DNA of 64,000 bases, taken from the IMG/VR virus record IMGVR_UViG_3300027769_000023, positions 1-64,000 of that record; one strand, given 5' to 3'. This document shows positions 54,855-63,006 of this stretch, one piece after another; positions within the stretch are counted from its first letter, which is position 1, and each line of letters opens with the position of its first letter. Origin of the DNA: a virus (taxonomy: Duplodnaviria; Caudoviricetes). The notes below the pieces were generated by a model. It ran no database searches and was not told the DNA's origin. It worked only from the letters and a program-made list of their open reading frames with translations. The translations under genes and the position numbers were made by a program.

Positions 54855-55511
54855 ATGAGAAAAAATTTACCAAACCTGGTATTAAAGGATTTGTTAACAC
54901 AAAGTCAAATCAACACAATCTTTGATATTGTTAATAAAACAAACAGTCAGGATTTTCACAATGAGTTGTCTTATAACAGTTGGCACATTGTTTTGCCACA
55001 AGAGATAATTGACATCTTTACATCTAAAGCAGAGTCAGTTGCTGGAGAAAAACTAATACTTAAAGAGTACAACTTTTCTCGATATGAAAAAATAACATCT
55101 AGTTGTGGTAAACATGTCTTTAATCCACTCTTATTTCCACACACCGATGAGGCTTTCAGTGGACCACGTTTTACTTTGGATTACCAAATTAGATCTAACA
55201 TTGACTGGGATATAGTCGTTGATAACTGGGAAGAAGAGCAAACATTTTTAATTAAAGATAATGAGGCATTAACTTTTTCTGGTACACACCAGGTACACTG
55301 GAGACCTAAGAGAGACTTTGTTGAAGGAGAATTCCTAGAGGCAATCTTTATGCACTTTGAACCAGCACAGCCATATGTGCTTTCAACTGATCACATAAAT
55401 GCCATGAGACAAAAGGGTCTAGAAAAATTCAAGGCTTGGAAAGAAACACCAGGAATAACATCAAACGTTAATCATGAACATCAGGAACACCGATATAGAG
55501 AGAAGAAATAA
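54855..55511 (+). CDS. 2OG-Fe(II) oxygenase, tandem copy 3
   Basis: LFPHTD...DYQ..NIDW...FSGTHQVHWR; preceded by TATAAT 54829-54834 and a GGAG SD. Confidence 0.75.
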   Translation: MRKNLPNLVLKDLLTQSQINTIFDIVNKTNSQDFHNELSYNSWHIVLPQEIIDIFTSKAESVAGEKLILKEYNFSRYEKITSSCGKHVFNPLLFPHTDEAFSGPRFTLDYQIRSNIDWDIVVDNWEEEQTFLIKDNEALTFSGTHQVHWRPKRDFVEGEFLEAIFMHFEPAQPYVLSTDHINAMRQKGLEKFKAWKETPGITSNVNHEHQEHRYREKK

Positions 55512-55512
55512 C

Positions 55513-56283
55513 ATGGCTGAACTGCATAAATACTTAACTGGATTTGACAAGTACAACAAAGAACTTCCACTGTATGTAAGTAATCCATTTACAGATGCTC
55601 AGGTAAAACTTTTAAGAGATACCATTGAAAATAACAGGAATAGGGTTGTAGACTACACGGTTGTTCCTGGTGATCAAGAAATGTATCATGGCGGATCGAG
55701 ATACGATCCAAAGAAGATTGTCCATATGTCCAGACAACTAGTAGAATTTGATTGTCCAAAAGAAATCGAAGAAGTTATGGATTCGTATGCAAAACAGTTC
55801 TATAGCGAAGAAATAAAACTTTGTCACTATAATTATATTAAGTATGATCTTGAGTATGGAGATAACACTTACGCTCCTACACTGCCACCACACATTGATG
55901 CTGATGAAAACTTGGTTACTTTCAATTTTCAAATAGGTGCAAACATTGATGACTGGCAACTAGTTGTTTCTGGAAAACATTTTGATTTAAAAACAAATGA
56001 TGCGATTGTATTCAGTGCCGTTAATCAAGTACACTGGAGACCAAAGAGAAAGTGGAAGAAGGGTGAGTTCTTAGAGATTGTAAGTTTTGATTATTGTCCA
56101 CCAACAAACTATAGATTTACTGGTGAAGATAATCCTATCGATCAATTTTTACATACAGAAAAACGAAAGAACTATGTAGATTCTTTAAACAATCATCCAG
56201 AATTTCAGAGCGCTTGGGCTCAGTATCATGAAGAAGGATTAAGAATTGGAATACAAGAAAACGAAAATGGAGCAATAGCATGA
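55513..56283 (+). CDS. 2OG-Fe(II) oxygenase, tandem copy 4
   Basis: LPPHID...NFQ..NIDDW...FSAVNQVHWR. Confidence 0.75.
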   Translation: MAELHKYLTGFDKYNKELPLYVSNPFTDAQVKLLRDTIENNRNRVVDYTVVPGDQEMYHGGSRYDPKKIVHMSRQLVEFDCPKEIEEVMDSYAKQFYSEEIKLCHYNYIKYDLEYGDNTYAPTLPPHIDADENLVTFNFQIGANIDDWQLVVSGKHFDLKTNDAIVFSAVNQVHWRPKRKWKKGEFLEIVSFDYCPPTNYRFTGEDNPIDQFLHTEKRKNYVDSLNNHPEFQSAWAQYHEEGLRIGIQENENGAIA

Positions 56284-56585
56284 TTGAAGAAAAGACAACC
56301 ATAGATATGGTTAATGGCCTTGTGGAGATTGCAGACTATATGCAAGATGAAGAACTCACAACAGCCCTTACCTTTATTGCTAAAATAATTATAAAGCCAG
56401 ATATTCCTCTTAATGTAGCCACTGTCGAAATTGTAAGGCTACAAGCAATCGCTGCAAAGATGGCATTTAAGGCAACATGGATGGCAAATGTAGATAAGTC
56501 TGATCGTGGAAAGAAAAACTTATACTATACCGCAGCAGAATCAATTAACAATCTAGTCTCAGCATTGAAATATATCACAAGATAA
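56280..56585 (+). CDS. Hypothetical helical protein
   Basis: ATGA overlap; no motif recognised. Confidence 0.65.
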   Translation: MIEEKTTIDMVNGLVEIADYMQDEELTTALTFIAKIIIKPDIPLNVATVEIVRLQAIAAKMAFKATWMANVDKSDRGKKNLYYTAAESINNLVSALKYITR

Positions 56586-56587
56586 TC

Positions 56588-56596
56588 TGCTATACT
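56588..56596 (+). promoter_or_regulatory. Extended -10 promoter (TGCTATACT)
   Basis: Intergenic, upstream of ATG 56622. Confidence 0.65.
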
Positions 56597-56621
56597 TATA
56601 GTAATAGAAACGAGTTATGAA

Positions 56622-57416
56622 ATGACAAAAAGTTTACTGCAACAAATCATGGTAAAAAAAGAAGTTCTTCCAGCACATCCTATGGATGTAGCAGGGATTA
56701 CAGAAAAGATTAAAGAAGGCTATACTATTAACCGTATAGATAAGCACACACAAAAGAAAACCTTTGCGCCATCAACCATTGCCTATGGTCACGGAGAGTG
56801 CCCAAGATATTGGTACTTAGCCTTTGATGGTCAGACATTTGAAGACAACGCTGATGCTTATGGAGCAGCAAACATGACTGCTGGAACTAAGTCTCATGAA
56901 AGAATTCAATCTGCAATGGGGAATGTTCCAGACTTTCTAATTGATTCAGAATTTAAAATTACCTATTCTGATCCACCAATTTTTGGTTATGGAGACGTAA
57001 TGCTTAATTGGCAAGGAGAGCCATTGCTTGGTGAAATCAAGACAATGATGAATGAGGGCTTTGAGTACCGAAAGGCACATATGAAGCCAAAGACTGGTCA
57101 CTTAATCCAGTTGCTTATATACATGAAGATTCTAAAAAAGGCTAAGGCTGTTTTAATTTATGAAAATAAAAATAATCATGAATTATTGCTTTTGCCAGTA
57201 GAAGTAAATGATCATTACCGCAGGTGGGTAGACCAGGCGTTTGATTGGATGAGAACAGTTCGAAAGGCTTGGGTAGACAGAACTTTACCTAAGAAAAATT
57301 ACAGATCTAATTCAAAGATTTGTAAGAACTGTCCAATTCAAAAAGCATGTGCGTCAGCAGAGGTTGGGGAACTGAAAATAAATTCCTTGGAGCCTTTGAC
57401 TGATGAAGCATTGTAG
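56622..57416 (+). CDS. Cas4-like PD-(D/E)XK exonuclease
   Basis: PSTI...CPRYW, GTKSH, GYGD..L....GEIKT, QLLIYM, C-terminal CKNCPIQKAC Fe-S ligands. Confidence 0.8.
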   Translation: MTKSLLQQIMVKKEVLPAHPMDVAGITEKIKEGYTINRIDKHTQKKTFAPSTIAYGHGECPRYWYLAFDGQTFEDNADAYGAANMTAGTKSHERIQSAMGNVPDFLIDSEFKITYSDPPIFGYGDVMLNWQGEPLLGEIKTMMNEGFEYRKAHMKPKTGHLIQLLIYMKILKKAKAVLIYENKNNHELLLLPVEVNDHYRRWVDQAFDWMRTVRKAWVDRTLPKKNYRSNSKICKNCPIQKACASAEVGELKINSLEPLTDEAL

Positions 57417-57687
57417 TTGGTGCGATAAGGAATTCCTTACAGCAATATCTTACCAGATTTATTGCTCTGTAGAATGTAGAGAGGCTGCAACAAAAGAAAA
57501 GATTGCAGCAAGATACATTATTGCTAGAAGGCAAAAAAGAATAGGTAAGAAAAGGATTTGTAAAAACTGCCAAGAAGAACTATCAGTCTTTAATGATGAA
57601 GTTCTTTGCGGTAGGTGTAACATAAATCCAAGCCAAGTTTCAAAAGTGTTAAAGCAGATTAGGATTATTTCTAATGGTAAAGAATAA
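57403..57687 (+). CDS. Zinc-ribbon protein
   Basis: CSWC...YCSVEC...CKNC...CGRC. Confidence 0.7.
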   Translation: MKHCSWCDKEFLTAISYQIYCSVECREAATKEKIAARYIIARRQKRIGKKRICKNCQEELSVFNDEVLCGRCNINPSQVSKVLKQIRIISNGKE

Positions 57688-58270
57688 GTGGGGTATGGAA
57701 ATGATTCCAAATACTATATGTTCTATTGACGCTAGTACCAATAGCCTTGCATTTGCCCTATTTGATACCCAACAAAAAACGTTGGGCGTAATAGGAAAGA
57801 TTAACTTTGAAGGAAAAGATACATATGAAAAAGTTATGGATGCAGGCCAAAAGGTTAAGGCTTTCTTTGATTACTATGGTGGGTTTGAAGCAATAGTTAT
57901 TGAGCATACTGTATTTATGAATAGCCCAAAAACGGCTGCAGATCTAGCGCTAGTGCAAGGAGCAATCCTTGGCGCAGCAGGTCAGTCTGGAACAAAAGTA
58001 ATAGGTAAGGTTTCTCCAATTACTTGGCAAAATTTTATTGGTAATAAAAAAATATCTAAGGATGAAAAGTTTTATATAAAGGCACAAAATCCTGATAAGT
58101 CAGACTCATGGCTAAAAACTTATGAGAGAAATCTGAGAAAAGAAAGAACAATAAAATTTATTAATGTTCAGTACGATAGGACTATTACTGATAATGATGT
58201 AGCAGATGCGTGTGGAATTGGGCATTGGGCTATGAAAAACTGGGGCAAAGCAATAGGAGTTGACAAGTAA
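57674..58270 (+). CDS. ruvC: RuvC-like resolvase/nuclease
   Basis: SIDASTNSLAFA, IVIEH, DNDVADACGIG. Confidence 0.75.
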   Translation: MVKNKWGMEMIPNTICSIDASTNSLAFALFDTQQKTLGVIGKINFEGKDTYEKVMDAGQKVKAFFDYYGGFEAIVIEHTVFMNSPKTAADLALVQGAILGAAGQSGTKVIGKVSPITWQNFIGNKKISKDEKFYIKAQNPDKSDSWLKTYERNLRKERTIKFINVQYDRTITDNDVADACGIGHWAMKNWGKAIGVDK

Positions 58271-58288
58271 GGCCATGTCTGCTAAACT
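58260..58288 (+). promoter_or_regulatory. Promoter TTGACA-N17-TAAACT spanning the ruvC stop and the HTH start codon
   Basis: Spacing counted; TGC precedes the -10. Confidence 0.6.
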
Positions 58289-58430
58289 ATATACAAGTGA
58301 GTCTTTTATGCGTAAGAGATATGTTATGGATAAAAAGACTCCAGAAGATATTGCAAAGGAGTGCGGAGTTAGTGTTGAAACTATTTACGTATACCTTGCT
58401 AAATTTGGATTAAGGAAATCAAAACGATGA
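58275..58430 (+). CDS. 51-aa helix-turn-helix protein
   Basis: KTPEDIAKECGVSVETIYVYLAKFGL; below the ORF-track cutoff. Confidence 0.7.
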   Translation: MSAKLYTSESFMRKRYVMDKKTPEDIAKECGVSVETIYVYLAKFGLRKSKR

Positions 58431-58552
58431 GTAAAGTTGAAAAGACATTGATTGCTATTGCTGTAGCAGGCATGGTTGGATTTGGATTTGCCATTGCATC
58501 ACTAAAGGGAATTCCAGAAGCATTTGATTGGGAAGAGGATGACAGTGAGTGA
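58427..58552 (+). CDS. 41-aa single-pass membrane microprotein
   Basis: MSKVEKTLIAIAVAGMVGFGFAIASLKGIPEAFDWEEDDSE; ATGA overlap. Confidence 0.6.
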   Translation: MSKVEKTLIAIAVAGMVGFGFAIASLKGIPEAFDWEEDDSE

Positions 58553-58811
58553 AGAAACACAGTTTACAATTTCTCAAGTATGCGATGAGATAAAGACAAT
58601 GCTAATCACTAAGAATAAGTCATATGGCGATAGCGCATTAAACCCAGTAAGAATTTTTGCTACTGCTGATAATGTTGAACAACTTCATGTACGTATTGAT
58701 GATAAGTTATCCAGGATTACTCGTGGAGGTTCTTTTGTTGGCGACAACGATATTGATGATCTTATTGGATACCTAATTCTATTAAAGATTGCAAGAGAAT
58801 TAAATGGATAG
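58539..58811 (+). CDS. Nucleotide-modification-associated domain protein (DUF1599/Nmad1-like)
   Basis: KNKSYGDS...RIDDKLSRI...DLIGYL. Confidence 0.6.
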   Translation: MTVSEETQFTISQVCDEIKTMLITKNKSYGDSALNPVRIFATADNVEQLHVRIDDKLSRITRGGSFVGDNDIDDLIGYLILLKIARELNG

Positions 58812-59766
58812 ACCAGAGATGATGCATGATGGGAATAGGCCATCAAATCAGGTTGGCTTTATTACAAATGTAAAAGTTAATTCACCACTTAAAAAAGAAT
58901 TAGATGGATGGCCTATGCTACAAGATGCCCTCAATGATCTGTCTTCTGATAATAAAGCATACTCTACAGCCGAAAATATGGAATGGGCTAGAGGATCTAA
59001 TTGGGAAGAAGACCCATTTCCAGTAAACAAAAGTTTATTTAGGTGTGACGAATTTACAAAAGATCACGATGGAAAGCATGTACTATTTTCTGGATGTTCT
59101 GTTACCTACGGTGTTGGTCTTTATACAACAGAAACATGGTCTTATAAGATTTATAAAATGATGCAACAAGAAGAAAAGATTTCTGGCTATTTTAATCTTG
59201 GCAAACCAGGAACATCTATCATGGATATTATTTCTAATGTTTTTAAGTATATAAGTTTATATGGAAAACCAGATGTGATATTTTTAGATCTACCAGACCT
59301 TAATAGGCACTACTCAATCAGAGATGATAGAAAAGATGTATTAAAAGGTTCTGTTGAAGATATAGAAAACAAAACTATTAATAGTCTTTACCATGGAATG
59401 TACAGAGGTAAAGCAAACATGAGGAATCAGGAAATGAGAATTTATGTTTACCAGTACCTCATGATGCTAGAACAATACTGCAAAGACCTGGGAATTGAAC
59501 TGTATGTCTTTTCATACGTAGATGGTACAAATGATTTAATAAAAAAGACAGACATTGAATCAATGAAATTTTTAGAAAACCATGATATTGTTGAAGAGAT
59601 ATATGATTATGCAGAAAAAAATAAGAACAGCATTGATGAGTTTTTCCTTACAGCAAGAGATAACCAGCATCATGGTTGGGGATACCACGACATATGGTCT
59701 AGAATAATGTTTGAAGAATATAGTTTAGGTGGTGGACGATATGCCAGACGCACACGGAAAAGTTAG
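58804..59766 (+). CDS. SGNH-hydrolase-like protein, paralog 1
   Basis: FSGCSVTYG (block I), NLGKPGTS (block II), RDNQHHG (block V). Confidence 0.7.
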   Translation: MDRPEMMHDGNRPSNQVGFITNVKVNSPLKKELDGWPMLQDALNDLSSDNKAYSTAENMEWARGSNWEEDPFPVNKSLFRCDEFTKDHDGKHVLFSGCSVTYGVGLYTTETWSYKIYKMMQQEEKISGYFNLGKPGTSIMDIISNVFKYISLYGKPDVIFLDLPDLNRHYSIRDDRKDVLKGSVEDIENKTINSLYHGMYRGKANMRNQEMRIYVYQYLMMLEQYCKDLGIELYVFSYVDGTNDLIKKTDIESMKFLENHDIVEEIYDYAEKNKNSIDEFFLTARDNQHHGWGYHDIWSRIMFEEYSLGGGRYARRTRKS

Positions 59767-60694
59767 CATAAAAGATATTTCTCCAAAAATTAAAGAAGAG
59801 TTATTTAATCAAGGAATAACCCCCAGCGCAAAAATAAAAAATGCATTTAATAAAAATTTAGAAGGGTGGGATTTAGTTCAAGACGCACTTAATGATTTAA
59901 GTAGTGAAGATCCTTATTATAATAATCTAGAATCCTCTCAATGGTGCAGAGATCAAAAATGGGAAGAAGACTCATTTAAAGTTAACACTCTTAATTTTAG
60001 ATCAGATAATTTTATAAAAGTTCATAAAGGAAAACATGTTTTGTTTTCGGGCTGCTCTGCAACTTATGGAGTGGGTCTGTATGCAAAAGAAACTTGGCCG
60101 TATAAGGTTTATTCAAAGATTTTAGAAGAAGAAGACTTGTCTGGTTATTTTAATATTTCAAAACCAGGATCATCAATTATGGAGATTGTGGTAGGAATTT
60201 TTAAATATACTATTTCTTATGGAAAACCAGATGTTGTTTTTATAAATTTACCAGACATGTATAGAGGATACAAAATTTTAAGTGAAAAATCTATCTCTGG
60301 ACATGGAGAAGAGTTTATTAAAAACACTATAGATGGGTTTTTTCAAGTTACGGGAACTCCAAGAGTAACAATAGAAAAACATGAGTATTCTGTCTACAGT
60401 TATCAGTACTTATTGATGCTTGAAACCTTTTGTAATTTTTTAGGAATAGAGTTATATGTTTTTTCATATAACCAAGAGTTAAATGACCTCTTAAACTTTT
60501 GTGATTTAGAGTCTATGATTTTTGTAAATAGGAAAGATGTAAATAAAAGTGTGTTCAAATCTGATACAAATATAAGTAGTCCATATGGATTAACTGCAAG
60601 AGATGGTCACCATCATGGATCCGCTTTTCATGATGTCTGGTCTGATATAATGTTTAATGAATACAAAACAGGCAGGGGAAAATATGTCAGATAG
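59741..60694 (+). CDS. SGNH-hydrolase-like protein, paralog 2
   Basis: FSGCSATYG, NISKPGSS, RDGHHHG; shares QDALNDLSS and WEED blocks with paralog 1. Confidence 0.7.
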   Translation: MPDAHGKVSIKDISPKIKEELFNQGITPSAKIKNAFNKNLEGWDLVQDALNDLSSEDPYYNNLESSQWCRDQKWEEDSFKVNTLNFRSDNFIKVHKGKHVLFSGCSATYGVGLYAKETWPYKVYSKILEEEDLSGYFNISKPGSSIMEIVVGIFKYTISYGKPDVVFINLPDMYRGYKILSEKSISGHGEEFIKNTIDGFFQVTGTPRVTIEKHEYSVYSYQYLLMLETFCNFLGIELYVFSYNQELNDLLNFCDLESMIFVNRKDVNKSVFKSDTNISSPYGLTARDGHHHGSAFHDVWSDIMFNEYKTGRGKYVR

Positions 60695-61214
60695 TCAACT
60701 AGTAGAGCATCTAGATGAAGTTAACCGTGTTGTTGAAGAGTACCTAAAGGGAAATGACCCTACTGTAATTTCTAAACAATTAGCAATCCCTAGAACAAGG
60801 GTTGTTCAATTAATAAATGAGTGGAAAGTCATGGCTTCTGCTAATGAGGCAATCAGAGCACGGGCAAAAGAAGCACTTGCAGCAGCAGACACACACTATA
60901 GCAAGTTAATTTCAAGATCCTATGAGGTTATTGATGAAGCATCTATGACTAATAACCTTGGTGCAAAAACTGCAGCAATTAAGTTGGTTATGGATATTGA
61001 GTCTAAGCGTATTGACATGTTACAAAAGGCTGGTCTGCTAGAAAATAAAGAACTTGCAGAAGAGATGGTAGAGATTGAAAATCGACAAATGGTACTTATG
61101 TCAATATTAAAAGATATTGCCTCAGAGCATCCAGAGATTAGGGATCAGATTATGAGAAGACTATCTGATATTGCCAAAAGAGATGAAGTCATAACGGTAG
61201 TTCATGATGGCTGA
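60684..61214 (+). CDS. Putative terminase small subunit
   Basis: N-terminal HTH plus helical body, directly upstream of and overlapping terL. Confidence 0.6.
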   Translation: MSDSQLVEHLDEVNRVVEEYLKGNDPTVISKQLAIPRTRVVQLINEWKVMASANEAIRARAKEALAAADTHYSKLISRSYEVIDEASMTNNLGAKTAAIKLVMDIESKRIDMLQKAGLLENKELAEEMVEIENRQMVLMSILKDIASEHPEIRDQIMRRLSDIAKRDEVITVVHDG

Positions 61215-62988
61215 TTTTAATGATTTTTTAGAAGCACTTAAGGATAGTCACTTTGAGGAAAAGCCTGTAGACGCAAAGACTTTTGTTGAAGACGAAAAGT
61301 TCTTAGGCCAGCCAGGACTGTCTGATATCCAGTACGATATCGTAGAAGCAATGAGTCAAATTTATAAAAAAGAAGACCTGCTAGATTTACTGGGAGAAGT
61401 TGAAGGAACAAGGTACTATGAAAAATATACAAAAAACGAAATCATACTTCAACTAGGTAAGGGTAGTGGAAAAGACTTTACATCTACTGTTGCTTGCTGC
61501 TATATTGTATATAAACTGTTATGTTTAAAAGATCCTGCTAAGTACTTTGGTAAGCCATCTGGAGATGCTATCGACCTAATCAATGTTGCTATTAACGCAC
61601 AACAGGCAAAGAATGTTTTCTTTAAAGGCTTTAAGAGCAAGATTGAAAGATCCCCTTGGTTTGCTGGTAAGTTTTATGCTAAGGCAGACTCAGTAGAGTT
61701 TAACAAATCAATAACTGTTTATTCTGGTCACTCTGAAAGAGAATCTCATGAGGGACTAAACCTTTTGCTTGCAGTGCTCGATGAGATTTCTGGCTTTGCA
61801 TCTGAAGTTAATACAGGTAATGAGCAGGGAAAGACTGCTGACAATATCTACAAAGCCTTCCGTGGATCAGTAGACTCCCGTTTCCCAGATCTTGGAAAGG
61901 TTGTTTTACTTTCTTTCCCTAGATACCCAGGAGACTTTATTTCAGAAAAGTATGATGCTGTTGTTGCAGAAAAAGAAGTTGTTGAAAGATCTCACACATT
62001 TATCATTAATCCATTATTACCAGAAGATGATCCATCAAATAAATTTGATATCACATGGGATGAGGATCAGATTACATCGTACAAGTATCCAGGAGTATTT
62101 GCACTAAAGAGACCAACATGGGAAGTAAATCCAACAAGAAAGATTGATGATTTTAAGATTGCTTTTATGACTGACCTAGGAGATGCAATGATGCGTTTTG
62201 CATGTGTTCCAACCTTTGCGTCTGATGCTTTTTTTAAGCAGGCAGACAAAGTTGCAGCGTGCATGACACTAAGAAATCCAATTGATAACTTTAGAAGATT
62301 CGATGAATCATTTGTGCCAGATCCAAATAAGGTTTACTATGTCCACGCTGACCTTGCACAGAAGCACGATAAGTGTGCAGTAGCAATTGCTCATGTAGAT
62401 AAGTGGGTAAATATTCAGGTAATCAATAACTATGAACAGGTAGCACCAATAGTTGTAGTTGATGCCGTAGCATGGTGGGAGCCAAAAGTAGAAGGGCCAG
62501 TTAATCTTTCAGAAGTTAAGCAGTGGATTCAAAACCTTCGTAGACTTGGATTTAATATTGGAATGGTTTCGTTTGACCGTTGGCAATCGTTTGATATTCA
62601 AAATGAATTAAAGCAGGTTGGAATGAGAACTGATACTGTTTCTGTTGCCAAGAAGCACTATGAGGATATGGCAATGCTTGTATACGAGGAAAGGCTAGCA
62701 ATGCCATCAATTGATCTACTCTTTGATGAACTGACGCAGTTGAAAATTATGAAAAATGATAGAGTTGACCACCCCAGAAAAAAGTCAAAGGACTTGGCTG
62801 ATGCTGTGTGTGGTGCTATTTTTGGTGCTATTTCTCACACGCCCAAAAATAATAACACTGAGGTTGAGATTCACACATTTAGGGATAGACCAAAGGGTGA
62901 ACTTGACATTGGGAAAGACAATGTGATACAATTTAAACCTATGCCAAACGATGTAAAAGATTATTTGGATAGATTAAATCTACTATAA
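61207..62988 (+). CDS. terL: Terminase large subunit
   Basis: LGKGSGKD (Walker A), LAVLDE (Walker B), HADLAQKHD and DHP...KDLADA nuclease motifs. Confidence 0.92.
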   Translation: MADFNDFLEALKDSHFEEKPVDAKTFVEDEKFLGQPGLSDIQYDIVEAMSQIYKKEDLLDLLGEVEGTRYYEKYTKNEIILQLGKGSGKDFTSTVACCYIVYKLLCLKDPAKYFGKPSGDAIDLINVAINAQQAKNVFFKGFKSKIERSPWFAGKFYAKADSVEFNKSITVYSGHSERESHEGLNLLLAVLDEISGFASEVNTGNEQGKTADNIYKAFRGSVDSRFPDLGKVVLLSFPRYPGDFISEKYDAVVAEKEVVERSHTFIINPLLPEDDPSNKFDITWDEDQITSYKYPGVFALKRPTWEVNPTRKIDDFKIAFMTDLGDAMMRFACVPTFASDAFFKQADKVAACMTLRNPIDNFRRFDESFVPDPNKVYYVHADLAQKHDKCAVAIAHVDKWVNIQVINNYEQVAPIVVVDAVAWWEPKVEGPVNLSEVKQWIQNLRRLGFNIGMVSFDRWQSFDIQNELKQVGMRTDTVSVAKKHYEDMAMLVYEERLAMPSIDLLFDELTQLKIMKNDRVDHPRKKSKDLADAVCGAIFGAISHTPKNNNTEVEIHTFRDRPKGELDIGKDNVIQFKPMPNDVKDYLDRLNLL

Positions 62989-63006
62989 AGAAAAGGAATA
63001 AATTAA

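Noticed and set aside
56622-57416. CRISPR-Cas adaptation gene (cas4)
   Set aside because: No cas1/cas2 or array; stand-alone Cas4-like exonucleases are common in phage recombination modules.
13255-62988. Inteins or introns in nrdJ, dnaB, dnaE, recA or terL
   Set aside because: All are of normal length with contiguous motifs; the only Hint-like sequence is at 9982-10461.
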